Virus record (IMG/VR): IMGVR_UViG_3300045988_081376
Strand: one strand, 5' to 3'
Origin: a virus
DNA: 64,000 nucleotides
The number at the start of each line of letters is the position of its first letter. Position 1 is the stretch's first letter. Below the pieces are notes generated by a model. That model was not told the DNA's origin. It saw only the letters and a program-made list of their open reading frames with translations, and ran no database searches. The position numbers and the translations under genes are program-made. Positions 49,425 through 58,394 of the stretch are shown here, piece after piece.

Positions 49425-49457
49425 GTGGCTGTCCTCCGTGATCGTATTTCTTCTATC

Positions 49458-50162
49458 TCAAAAAGCGGTCACGGCGCCGGACTCTGCATCGTCGCTCTCC
49501 GCCCATTGGATGCTCATTCTGACCTCGCGTCCCACCAGTGTGCCCGTTTGGTCGTAAATTGACCTGCTCCCATTGTCTCCATGCGCCATGCGAGAAAAAT
49601 CACATACGCCGATGCCCGTCATGTTTACGCCGTGCAATGCCTCGATGATGCACTGCTCGATGTCGTATGCGCGGGAATATGCGTCCGTCCTCGTCGTCGT
49701 CTCCTGATTCGCGTTGCAGGTGATGATGAATGTCACGCCGATGCGCGCTTTGTAGGGGTTCTCCGCAAAAACGCGCCCCAGAAAGCATCGGATCGTCGTC
49801 TGCGCCTCGGTCTGCGCCTGCCCGTCAAAGCGCTGTGCGTAGAGCCGGTAGCCCTTCTGGTGCTTTTTCCTCATCTCTGCGCTGTCCACCACGGGCTGTT
49901 CGCCGTCAAAAAGCATACTGCGCTTTTCCGCCGCCGTTGGCAGCGAGTTTGCGAGCGGTCTCGCCCCGTCATACCACAGGTACTTGGAAAGCCGCACGCG
50001 CGGCCTTGCGTTATCATCCCGCGGCATATATCCTGCCGCATCGGGCAGATCGAGCAGGTAAAGGAGCAGCTTCTTCGGCAGCTCCTCCGCTCCCTTGAAT
50101 GTCAGGTACGAAGGGTGTACGCGCTCGTATGGGTAGGTCGCGCTTTCAAAGTTCGCGTTCAT
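49458..50162 (-). CDS. hypothetical head-tail joining / tail completion-region protein
   Basis: ORF track. Position only. Confidence 0.4.
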   Translation of the reverse strand: MNANFESATYPYERVHPSYLTFKGAEELPKKLLLYLLDLPDAAGYMPRDDNARPRVRLSKYLWYDGARPLANSLPTAAEKRSMLFDGEQPVVDSAEMRKKHQKGYRLYAQRFDGQAQTEAQTTIRCFLGRVFAENPYKARIGVTFIITCNANQETTTRTDAYSRAYDIEQCIIEALHGVNMTGIGVCDFSRMAHGDNGSRSIYDQTGTLVGREVRMSIQWAESDDAESGAVTAF

Positions 50163-50716
50163 TTTCCTTCACGCTTCTTTCGAAATGCTTCCAACTCATC
50201 CCTGATCTCGCCGGTCCGCTCGGCCAGCTTCTGCACCGCCTCCGGCGTCATGCTCTGCATTGCCATCTGCTGCATCCTCGAAACAGGGTCGTTCATTCCC
50301 TGAAGCATCGCGTACACCTCTGCGTTGAATCGCTTTTCCAGCTCCTTGTAGTCGGCGATCAGGTTGTTTGCCCTTTCGCTGGTCGGGCCGCCGCGCGCCT
50401 TCATCGCTTTCAGCTGTCCGAGGATGTGTCCGCCCGCCCAGCGGTCGTAGTCGTCTGCCGCCAGCAGGAACTTCGTTCCCTCCGCCGGTTCGATCTCCTG
50501 CATCAGATAGAGCTTTACCAGCGCGCCCATCATGTAGCGGCTCTTGCGCTCTCCGTTTTCCTTGAAGAACGGAAGAACGGTGTCGTCCGTCAGCCGGATC
50601 TCCATGCGTTCAAAGCAGTCCGATGCGCAGGCGCGCAGAAATTCCATCTTTTCCATCAGCGGCACATAGTCGCGCGCCGCCGCCATCATTTCGTCTGTCA
50701 GCTTTCTGAATTCCAT
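50159..50716 (-). CDS. hypothetical protein
   Basis: ORF track. ATGA overlap with the downstream gene. Confidence 0.45.
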   Translation of the reverse strand: MEFRKLTDEMMAAARDYVPLMEKMEFLRACASDCFERMEIRLTDDTVLPFFKENGERKSRYMMGALVKLYLMQEIEPAEGTKFLLAADDYDRWAGGHILGQLKAMKARGGPTSERANNLIADYKELEKRFNAEVYAMLQGMNDPVSRMQQMAMQSMTPEAVQKLAERTGEIRDELEAFRKKREGK

Positions 50717-50738
50717 AATGTAAACTCCTTTCAGATCG

Positions 50739-50918
50739 TTATGGATTTTTGCGTTCTCTCATCGGGCATCGCGCCCCGTCGGGCGATACCTCGCACCGCC
50801 CCGTGTCGGGACAGAAAAACTGATGCGCGCACCAATCACTTTCGCTGTTGTGCTCGTCCGCGCAGCAATGCAGACTCACATCTCCGATCTTTCGGTAAGC
50901 GTATGGGCAGTGCTCCAT
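50739..50918 (-). CDS. small Cys-rich protein
   Basis: MEHCPYAYRKIGDVSLHCCADEH... Confidence 0.4.
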   Translation of the reverse strand: MEHCPYAYRKIGDVSLHCCADEHNSESDWCAHQFFCPDTGRCEVSPDGARCPMRERKNP

Positions 50919-50919
50919 T

Positions 50920-52239
50920 TTAGATTCCCTCCAGTCGGATGCTTGCGCTCGCGCTTGCATTGCCGCATTTTGCCGTCACCGTCAGCGGCGTTTCGCTGCC
51001 GCCCCAGTTCTGTATCGTCACCTGATTCCCGAGCACTGCGGCGGTATAAGCGTCCTCGCTCGCACCGGAAATTTCCCATGTCACGGCGTCGTCTTTCTTT
51101 TCTCCGCCTTCGTAGCAGGCTGCCCGCAGCGTTGCCGCGTCGTAAGCGCCGATTATTTCGGGCGGCTCGGTGAGGAATCTGACCTCTGCGCCGCTCTTTT
51201 CATCTGCAACGGTCAGTGTGATCTTGCTTTCGATCTCCGGGTTCTGTGCCAGCCGCGCTGTGATCGTGCAGCTTCCAGCGCCCACAGCGGTCACAAGTCC
51301 GCCCGCATCCACGCTCGCCACCGTTTCGTCGCTCGTCTCCCAGAAATACGAAACCGGATGCTTTTCGTCTCCGCCCGCCACCGCTTCGCCGCAGCGGATG
51401 GATTCTGCCGCCATCTGCGCGGTTCCCCCCGCGCGCAGCACCGTCGCGCCGGAGATTCGGATTTCCCACGAAAAGGTTTTCCCGCCCGCAACTCTGCGTG
51501 CAAGGTCGTCTATCGTTTCGTCCGGTTCCTGAATGCGCGCCGCAAAATACAAAAGATGCGTGCTCTCGTCTTCGCCGGTGAATTCCTGCGTCACGTCGCT
51601 GTATCCTGTGATTTGGAACGCCCTGCGCCCCAGGATCAATCGGCTGTTCTGATCCAGCTCATCCGTCTCAGGGTTCTTCTGGCAGATGATGTTGAAGTAT
51701 CCCTGCATGATGAGCGAAACGCCCTGAAAGTCGTTTGCCGTCGCCATCGCCTGCTGTTTTTCCACAAGGATGGGTTCCTTGCGCACCCTGCCGTACCAGT
51801 CCAGATGGTTCCATGTTGCGTTGCATCGGCGCATGATGCCGCTTCCTGCCACGCTTGAAAGGTTGGATGGGTTCGTCGCAAGCCACGTTGACCCCATTGT
51901 TTCGATCTTTGCTCCCTCTGGGATGTAGTCGACACCGCGGTCTGCCAGCAGGTATTCCTTCTGGTCATCCGTCTTTCTTGTCAGGCTTGCACCCTGCTTG
52001 ATCGTATCGCTGATGCGCATTTTCTGCCCGCGCCATGCGTAAAAGTCGCCCGGCACCAGCCCCTGCACCTGCGCGTCCACAAAATCGGTCGCGTACTTCG
52101 CGCGCTCTGCGTAAAAGAGCGCCGCCGCGTCGCCGCCGTATTGCTTTTGCCGGCCGCTGTATTGCTTCGGCGCATTGGTGCGGCGTACCGCCGTGCCGCC
52201 GAGCAGCGTCACGTTTCGGATGACGTCGTTCTCGCTCAT
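50920..52239 (-). CDS. structural protein with Ig-like (Big_2) domains
   Basis: ETVASVDAGGLVTAVGAGSCTITA Big_2 pattern in the C-terminal third. Confidence 0.55.
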   Translation of the reverse strand: MSENDVIRNVTLLGGTAVRRTNAPKQYSGRQKQYGGDAAALFYAERAKYATDFVDAQVQGLVPGDFYAWRGQKMRISDTIKQGASLTRKTDDQKEYLLADRGVDYIPEGAKIETMGSTWLATNPSNLSSVAGSGIMRRCNATWNHLDWYGRVRKEPILVEKQQAMATANDFQGVSLIMQGYFNIICQKNPETDELDQNSRLILGRRAFQITGYSDVTQEFTGEDESTHLLYFAARIQEPDETIDDLARRVAGGKTFSWEIRISGATVLRAGGTAQMAAESIRCGEAVAGGDEKHPVSYFWETSDETVASVDAGGLVTAVGAGSCTITARLAQNPEIESKITLTVADEKSGAEVRFLTEPPEIIGAYDAATLRAACYEGGEKKDDAVTWEISGASEDAYTAAVLGNQVTIQNWGGSETPLTVTAKCGNASASASIRLEGI

Positions 52240-52949
52240 ACAAATCCCTCCCTGCGGTTCCCTGCGCGGAAAGCGTTGTAGTACGCGCAGTCTTGTTCGT
52301 ATTTGCGCAGCTCTTCATTGAGAAGACTTCGGTTTGCCATCTTTTTCTTCACGCTTTTTTCCATGTATTGCGGCTCGTTCGGCGCTTCAAAACTCCTGTC
52401 GTGCGCCTTGGCAACGTCAGCCAGCCAGTCGCGGAAGAAATGTTCGTCCCACGTGCTCGCCACGCACAGCCCGAGGATGCGCTTTTGCGTCGCCGTCAGT
52501 TCATTTGCAAAGGCGCCGTCTCGGTAAAAATCCATCGAATATTCCACGCCTGCCGCGTCCTGTGCCGCAAATGTCACGATCCCCGTTTCCGCGTCGTAGC
52601 TCGCGCCGTGATACGTTGTTTCTACCGCCTCGCCGCTGTCGAGCCATTCAATCTTCACGCAGGAAAAAACGCTGTAGCCGGTCTTCCCAGTCGCCACCTG
52701 CGTTTCCTCCATCGTGCTTTCGCCGGTCGATACCCAACTTGCTTCATCCCACGAAGGGAGCGTCATATCCAGCTCCAACCACTGCCTGATCTCGGGAGGG
52801 CGGTTGAAGATGGGGATCGCATTTTTCATGTAAAGCGCCATTTTTCGGAAAAACCGCGCAGGGTTTTCCTGCGCCAGCTCGATCAGCCGCACATCGTTAA
52901 TATCCGTCATTGCGTTTTCGCCGATGATCTCGCTCCACTTCGTTCCCAT
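52236..52949 (-). CDS. hypothetical protein
   Basis: ORF track. ATGA overlap with the downstream gene. Confidence 0.45.
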   Translation of the reverse strand: MGTKWSEIIGENAMTDINDVRLIELAQENPARFFRKMALYMKNAIPIFNRPPEIRQWLELDMTLPSWDEASWVSTGESTMEETQVATGKTGYSVFSCVKIEWLDSGEAVETTYHGASYDAETGIVTFAAQDAAGVEYSMDFYRDGAFANELTATQKRILGLCVASTWDEHFFRDWLADVAKAHDRSFEAPNEPQYMEKSVKKKMANRSLLNEELRKYEQDCAYYNAFRAGNRREGFV

Positions 52950-52953
52950 CGTG

Positions 52954-53097
52954 TTATCCTTTCTTGCTGTGCCCCTTTTCGCAGCCCCAGCAGACCATCC
53001 GTCCCTCCGGTATGATCTCTCCGCAGCAGACGCAGCGGTTATCCGCTTCCGGAATCCAGCGTTCCTCCGCGCAGCAGTTCATATCCCGCTCACTCAT
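52954..53097 (-). CDS. 47-aa zinc-ribbon peptide (below ORF-track cutoff)
   Basis: MSERDMNCCAEERWIPEADNRCVCCGEIIPEGRMVCWGCEKGHSKKG. Preceded by a tandem ATGAGTGAGCG duplication. Confidence 0.35.
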   Translation of the reverse strand: MSERDMNCCAEERWIPEADNRCVCCGEIIPEGRMVCWGCEKGHSKKG

Positions 53098-53102
53098 AGC
53101 GC

Positions 53103-53279
53103 TCACTCATTCCCGCTCTCCGCGTCCGTCGCCACCCCATACCGCTCAAACATTGCGCGGATGGCGGGATTGCGCAGCAGCTTTTTCCGCTGGCCTTGGT
53201 TGAGGTCGTTGTAGACCGCTTGCAGTGCGGCCTTGACCTCCGTGTTGTACGCAATCACGCGCTCTCGCAGATCGCTCAT
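53103..53279 (-). CDS. 58-aa hypothetical protein (below ORF-track cutoff)
   Basis: MSDLRERVIAYNTEVKAALQAVYNDLNQGQRKKLL... ATGA overlap with the upstream gene. Confidence 0.35.
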   Translation of the reverse strand: MSDLRERVIAYNTEVKAALQAVYNDLNQGQRKKLLRNPAIRAMFERYGVATDAESGNE

Positions 53280-53461
53280 GCCGTCACCCCCGACAGCAGC
53301 GCCTCCATTGCTTCGCGCAACTCGGCGTTGTCCTGCTCCAGCGCGGCAATGCGTTCCTCGGGCGAAGGTTCGGGCGCGGGCTGTTCTGCCGCCAGCTTTT
53401 CCAGCTCCGCGATTTCCTCAACGGTTAGATCGCGGTAGATGCCATTTTCACAAATTCTCAT
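53276..53461 (-). CDS. small fiber-associated protein
   Basis: MRICENGIYRDLTVEEIAELEKL... is a common short ORF after fiber genes in Firmicutes phages. ATGA overlap. Confidence 0.45.
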   Translation of the reverse strand: MRICENGIYRDLTVEEIAELEKLAAEQPAPEPSPEERIAALEQDNAELREAMEALLSGVTA

Positions 53462-54204
53462 GCTCTCACTCCCCAAATTTCATATTTGCAACCGACGGCC
53501 ATGTTACCATCTCCCATCATGACCCCGATGTGCACATTGTTGATTAAATGGTTGAGTGGGTCTTTTCCGTATACGTTTTCTGTAGGGGTATAATGTCTGT
53601 GAACCCCCATTAGCACTTGGCAGTCTGCTGACTGCCAATTAATACCAGCTACTTCCCAAAACAGCATTGGCATTGTTTTCTCACGAAGCACATACCATAG
53701 ATTCACCTTTGGATTTTCTTTGCCAAAAAACACTTCAACGGAGTACGAATCGTAATCGTTATAGCTAGCCCAACATCTCGCTGAAACGTTCATGCAAGAT
53801 GCTTTGGTGACATCGATATCTCCTCTAACAAGGATTTGCGCGCTTTTGAGTGAAAACGGAAGGCCATTGTTGTCTTTGGTGATCTCCAGGATTGCAGTCT
53901 CCTGCATCTCACCGGATGCAATCAACTCCCACGTCTCGCCCCCCGCCATCTCCACCGGCTCCCACTTGGTCGGCTTGCCGTCGGTGTCCACCGCCGTGAT
54001 TTTGGCGATTTGGCCGGGCGTTGCACCCGTGATGCCGAGGGAGAGGTCGGAGCCGATGTACGTTCCCTCGATCTGCTCTCCTGCCGCATTATGTGCGGTA
54101 GCGCCAGCAAGAAGCGTCTGCGGTGTCACGCTGTCTTTTGTCAGGTCAAGCCTCGTAACGCCGTCAACAACGACCTTATTAACAGATTTCATTCCGCCTG
54201 CCAT
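53458..54204 (-). CDS. fiber/decoration-like protein sharing an N-terminal module with 54255..54848
   Basis: VNKVVVDGVTRLDLTKDSVTPQTLLAGATAHNAAGEQIEGT. AT-richer C-terminal half. Confidence 0.5.
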   Translation of the reverse strand: MAGGMKSVNKVVVDGVTRLDLTKDSVTPQTLLAGATAHNAAGEQIEGTYIGSDLSLGITGATPGQIAKITAVDTDGKPTKWEPVEMAGGETWELIASGEMQETAILEITKDNNGLPFSLKSAQILVRGDIDVTKASCMNVSARCWASYNDYDSYSVEVFFGKENPKVNLWYVLREKTMPMLFWEVAGINWQSADCQVLMGVHRHYTPTENVYGKDPLNHLINNVHIGVMMGDGNMAVGCKYEIWGVRA

Positions 54205-54254
54205 TCCGTTCCCGCCCTTCCTTTAATATTGAATCAAAAACCCGCATCTTCTTG

Positions 54255-54848
54255 TCACGCCGCTGTGCCAATAGTCAGCGTCACTCCACCAGCATCATTG
54301 TCAGTCTCCGTCATGGGGATTGGGTTAACCGTCACCTGCGACAAGCAGTTGTAGTTGGCATCCGGCAGAACCTCCTGCTTTTCAAAGGTTGGAGTCACAG
54401 TCTTTGCTTGTGGCTTCATCCCCTCTGAACCGCTCATCGCCCCCTCAACACCGAGCACCGTCACGCCTTCGCGGATGTTGGAGGGGATCAGCTTCGCAGC
54501 CTCTGCCGCCGCGATCTGCGCCTTGCCGCTGCCATCGTTGTAGCCCATCGGGACGGGCACCGGAGTATTGACATCTACGATGTCCAGCTCCGAGCCGTTG
54601 TTATTCGGCATCGTACCGGTCAGCTTCTTGCCGCCAACATAGGCTACCTTGCCGTTCAGGATCTCCGCCGCAGTCGCGGTACCGTCGCTGGTATCGGCGT
54701 CAAAGGTGTTCGTACCGACAATAGGTGCGCCCGACTTGTCGTGCGCCTTGATTCCCTTTGCCAGTTTGTCGGGAGTGATATCGTCCTGTGTCAGATCAAA
54801 TTTCGTCACACCACCGACGATCAGTTTGTTTACATACTGATTAGCCAT
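54255..54848 (-). CDS. fiber/decoration-like protein
   Basis: VNKLIVGGVTKFDLTQDDITPDKLAKGIKAHDKSGAPIVGT N-module. C-terminal LSQVTVNPIP module shared with 37863..38636. Confidence 0.5.
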   Translation of the reverse strand: MANQYVNKLIVGGVTKFDLTQDDITPDKLAKGIKAHDKSGAPIVGTNTFDADTSDGTATAAEILNGKVAYVGGKKLTGTMPNNNGSELDIVDVNTPVPVPMGYNDGSGKAQIAAAEAAKLIPSNIREGVTVLGVEGAMSGSEGMKPQAKTVTPTFEKQEVLPDANYNCLSQVTVNPIPMTETDNDAGGVTLTIGTAA

Positions 54849-55470
54849 CTTGCATCTCTCCTAATATAAACGTGATCCCCCCCGCAGTGTTAGACACTTC
54901 GTAAGTGGGGATTTTGGATACCGTTACATCGTCCAACATGAGTTTGTTCTTTGTTTGTATCACCACAGCGTTTTCCAGCTGAGGCTTCACATCGTATGGG
55001 CCTTTGTATTCCTCTCCGCTTCCCGCTCGAACGCTTGCGGCTTCTACAATTACCATGACTGTAGTTATATTCCGCGCGCCTGTTTCCTGTGCTTTGCTGT
55101 CTTTTCCCTTTTCGCTCATCCCGCTTTGCGGCAGGATGGCGCGGCTCAGGCTCGCGCTGAGCCTGACCGCTTCGCCTTTTCCGCCGATTACCTTCCCGTC
55201 GCGGAAGGAAACGCGCGCCTGCACCTCCTGCGGTCTGCTTGCCATCGAAAAGGTCTGCTTCTGCGTCAATGGCATATACCAGTACCCATCCTGATACTGT
55301 ACGCCGCCATCCGGCCATGTTCTTATGATCTTGCCAATGGTGACTTCCACGCAGACGCACATCTCGCTAGTGATGAGCGTCCCGTCCAGCGCTGCAATTT
55401 TCAGTTTTACAGGGTACGAATCCCCCTGCATCATGCTCACCACGCGATATCCCCCTCTTTCTTTTGGCAC
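54841..55470 (-). CDS. hypothetical head-module protein
   Basis: ORF track. Confidence 0.45.
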   Translation of the reverse strand: MPKERGGYRVVSMMQGDSYPVKLKIAALDGTLITSEMCVCVEVTIGKIIRTWPDGGVQYQDGYWYMPLTQKQTFSMASRPQEVQARVSFRDGKVIGGKGEAVRLSASLSRAILPQSGMSEKGKDSKAQETGARNITTVMVIVEAASVRAGSGEEYKGPYDVKPQLENAVVIQTKNKLMLDDVTVSKIPTYEVSNTAGGITFILGEMQDG

Positions 55471-55488
55471 GTCCGCTTGCGTTTCGCG

Positions 55489-56337
55489 TTATCTCGCGTC
55501 GCGCGCGTTCATTTCTTCGATGATGTGGATAAAGTCGCCGCGCTCGTGTCCCTCGCGTCGGCTCAGGTCGTTCAGTTTGACCGCGCGCTCGCGCGTCACA
55601 TAGGGGCTGCCTGCGGCAAATGCGTCCGCGTAGCGCTGCGCCACCATCTGCTTGTGCCCTTCGCACAGCGCGGGATACAGTTCAAGCAGTTCGTCGCCCA
55701 GCTCCACCATCTTGGCAAACGCCTTGCGGTCGAGCACCTCGCCCTCCTTGTAGTCCACGCCCAGCGTTTCTCGTTCCTCGTCGGTCAGGCCATTCACCAC
55801 GATCAGCCAGCGGTCTTCAAGGAACTTTCTGTTCATGCTCGTCAGGATGCGGCTCAGGTCGTTCTTGGGCACATAAAAGCTGCCCGTCTTGCCAACGATG
55901 CTGCCATACATTCCTCCGTCGCCAAACTGCACGGTGTTGTCGTCTGCCACCTCTGCCATCCAGAGGAACTGTACCTTCTGCGCATCCGCGCCATACTGCA
56001 CGATCTGCGTCATCGCCTGCGGCGCATTTTTCATCGCCTCTGCCACGGCGCTCGCCGCCGCCTGACGCGCGATCTCTGCCACTTCTTCCTCGGTGTAGAG
56101 TTTCTGCGCAACGGCTTCCTTCTCCACCGTCACGCTCTCGCCCTTCATCGCCGGTTCCGGCTCCGTCAGGGGCGTTTCGCTGCCGCCGTCACTGATGACG
56201 GTCGCTTCGTCCGCCGGGACTTCAAAGGCCGTTCCGTCTTCCGCCGCGCCCACGATGCCCTCCGTACCGACCTCGCTCTCCTGCTCAATGATCTTCGCGG
56301 CCTGCTCCGCCGCGCTCTTAGTCGTCTTCTTGCCCAT
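55489..56337 (-). CDS. hypothetical head-module protein
   Basis: Start MGKKTTKS behind AAGGAG. Confidence 0.45.
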   Translation of the reverse strand: MGKKTTKSAAEQAAKIIEQESEVGTEGIVGAAEDGTAFEVPADEATVISDGGSETPLTEPEPAMKGESVTVEKEAVAQKLYTEEEVAEIARQAAASAVAEAMKNAPQAMTQIVQYGADAQKVQFLWMAEVADDNTVQFGDGGMYGSIVGKTGSFYVPKNDLSRILTSMNRKFLEDRWLIVVNGLTDEERETLGVDYKEGEVLDRKAFAKMVELGDELLELYPALCEGHKQMVAQRYADAFAAGSPYVTRERAVKLNDLSRREGHERGDFIHIIEEMNARDAR

Positions 56338-56490
56338 CGTTTTATCTCCTTTCAGAATAATGGTATTCATCTCCCCGCTTAAAGGCAGGGGATTTCCGTT
56401 TGGAGCGGCGAGACGGTATCGAGCCGTCACGCGTCCGCGATGTTGCCTATAGCCACCGCTTTCGCTGCTGCATCAGCACGCCGCGTATGG

Positions 56491-56520
56491 GCGGGAGGGT
56501 TTGCCCCTCCCGCTTTTCGC
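56491..56520 (+). terminator. hairpin after the major capsid gene with its T-run on the + (antisense) side
   Basis: GCGGGAGGG-GTTTG-CCCTCCCGC followed by TTTTCGCC. Confidence 0.4.
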
Positions 56521-56525
56521 CGTTA

Positions 56526-57749
56526 TCAGGAAACAGTGATGTGGGCAATCTTGCTGGAGAACGTGGCCACCGTGTCGAGCGCGATGGTGACGTTCATTCC
56601 AATCTCGAAGTCCGCGGACTTCGTGGGGTCCATCTCAATGGTGATGGGCGTTCCCGCCGTGTAGCCGATGGTCATCGGCTTTCTGCCGCTCGAGGACATC
56701 ATGTAGATGTCGGTATCGGAGAGCAGCGTCTCGGGCGCAGTGTTCTGCGTGCCGGGGACGATCACATCCTGCATCGGCATCAGGCGAACCGCCATGAACT
56801 CGCCGAGATAGCCGCTGCGGGTGTAGTCCGCGCCGAGCAGCGTTGCGATGGCGGCGTCCATGTTCACGTTCGTAGAGCCGGTCACATTCGTCGGCAGCAC
56901 CTTGGAGAGTGCCACCATGCTTCCGGTCGCAAACAGGCTGGAAATGCGCGTTGCGTTCAGCGCAGATACCTTGTTTGCCGCCTTCACCCAGTTCTGGGTG
57001 TCGAACGTGTAGTTCAGGTTCGCGGGGATCAGGGAAGCGTCGCCCTTGGCGATGTTCATTGCCTGATTCCACATGCCCATGGTCTTGGCGTACATGCCGG
57101 CGGCGATATTCGCAAAGAAGTCACCGAAGTCCATGTTGTTGCCGACCAGCTGAATCCACTTCGCCGTGATCCAGCAGCTCTTGGGCTGCGGGTTCAGTGC
57201 GTAATCACGGCTGTAGAAGCGGTTGCGCGGCACGCTGCGCGAAGCGCCCCAGCTCGAATCCTGAAATACAGGAATGTCGTTGCTGCCGATGCTGACCATG
57301 TACGTCTGACCGAAGTCGACCTCCACGGTATCGGCAAACAGACTGACGGCCTCGGAGTAGACCGCCGGAAGAATGGGGCGCAGGATCTCCATATAGATTC
57401 CCTGCTGCACACGGTAGAACGCCTCGTTTCCGTAGAAACGTCCGCCGTCGCGCTTGAAATCCTCCCAGCTCTTCGGGGCGTTCTCGCCGGTCTGTGCGCA
57501 GGCGATCTTCGCCGCGTACAGCATGTGGTCGCGCTGGAACTTGTCGTTAAGCTGCTTGTATCCCGCGTCGGTGGTCATGCGCTGCATCGCGGTGCCGCGT
57601 CCGTTCATTGCGGCAAGCATCTCGTTTCTGCCTTTGACCGAGTGCTCAAAAAAGAGGGTGCGGCCGGCCGCAATGATGTCCTCGCGTTCGTTGTTGCCGT
57701 GGACTTCGAAATTGTCCTTCGACACGCTGTTGAGAGTCAGTTTAGCCAT
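56526..57749 (-). CDS. major capsid protein
   Basis: 407 aa, downstream of the portal and scaffold-like genes, followed by a strong hairpin. Call is by position and size. Confidence 0.65.
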   Translation of the reverse strand: MAKLTLNSVSKDNFEVHGNNEREDIIAAGRTLFFEHSVKGRNEMLAAMNGRGTAMQRMTTDAGYKQLNDKFQRDHMLYAAKIACAQTGENAPKSWEDFKRDGGRFYGNEAFYRVQQGIYMEILRPILPAVYSEAVSLFADTVEVDFGQTYMVSIGSNDIPVFQDSSWGASRSVPRNRFYSRDYALNPQPKSCWITAKWIQLVGNNMDFGDFFANIAAGMYAKTMGMWNQAMNIAKGDASLIPANLNYTFDTQNWVKAANKVSALNATRISSLFATGSMVALSKVLPTNVTGSTNVNMDAAIATLLGADYTRSGYLGEFMAVRLMPMQDVIVPGTQNTAPETLLSDTDIYMMSSSGRKPMTIGYTAGTPITIEMDPTKSADFEIGMNVTIALDTVATFSSKIAHITVS

Positions 57750-57779
57750 TTTCTATTCACTCCTTCCTTGCTTTTCCGC

Positions 57780-58376
57780 TTAGCCGCCTGCTGCGACGCT
57801 CACCTTGCAGGCAGCCAGATCGTAATAGCCGAAGCTTGCGGTCGTGCCCTCGGTGAACTTGCCGCTGCCGCGCAGCTTGAAATAGATCGAACCGGCCTTG
57901 GTGGGTGCCGACGCAGTGGGAACCAGAAGGCCGTTTGCGATGGTGAAGAACGTGTTCTCGCCGATGGCGGTGGAAAGATTGCCTTCGCCAAAGCGATAGA
58001 CGTGCTTGTTGTCAAACACGATTTCGGTAAAGGTTCCGTCGCGTCCGGCGGGGATGCCGAGACCCAGCGTTTCAGTGCCGATGGCGTAGAGCTGTCCGTT
58101 CTTTCCGGCAAGGTGCTGCACCTCATAGGTGTTGGCGGCATACACAGGCGTGTCCACGTTGGCCGCAGCACCGGCGGCGTTCATATACCATGCGTTCTCG
58201 TTCTTGATGCCGGTGAACCCGGCACACGGGAGCTGCTCACCTCTCACGCACAGCAGTCCTGCCGAGCAGTCCGCGTCCGCGCTGGAGGCCTGATAGCGTC
58301 CCGTGATGTTGCAAAGCTCGTTGAACTCGTTGTTCGTGATACGGGCTTCAAATGCAGTTTTAGCGATATAAGACAT
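57780..58376 (-). CDS. head decoration / auxiliary capsid protein (putative)
   Basis: Beta-rich 198-aa ORF immediately upstream of the capsid gene. Confidence 0.4.
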   Translation of the reverse strand: MSYIAKTAFEARITNNEFNELCNITGRYQASSADADCSAGLLCVRGEQLPCAGFTGIKNENAWYMNAAGAAANVDTPVYAANTYEVQHLAGKNGQLYAIGTETLGLGIPAGRDGTFTEIVFDNKHVYRFGEGNLSTAIGENTFFTIANGLLVPTASAPTKAGSIYFKLRGSGKFTEGTTASFGYYDLAACKVSVAAGG

Positions 58377-58394
58377 TCTTGTTCACTCCTTCCT

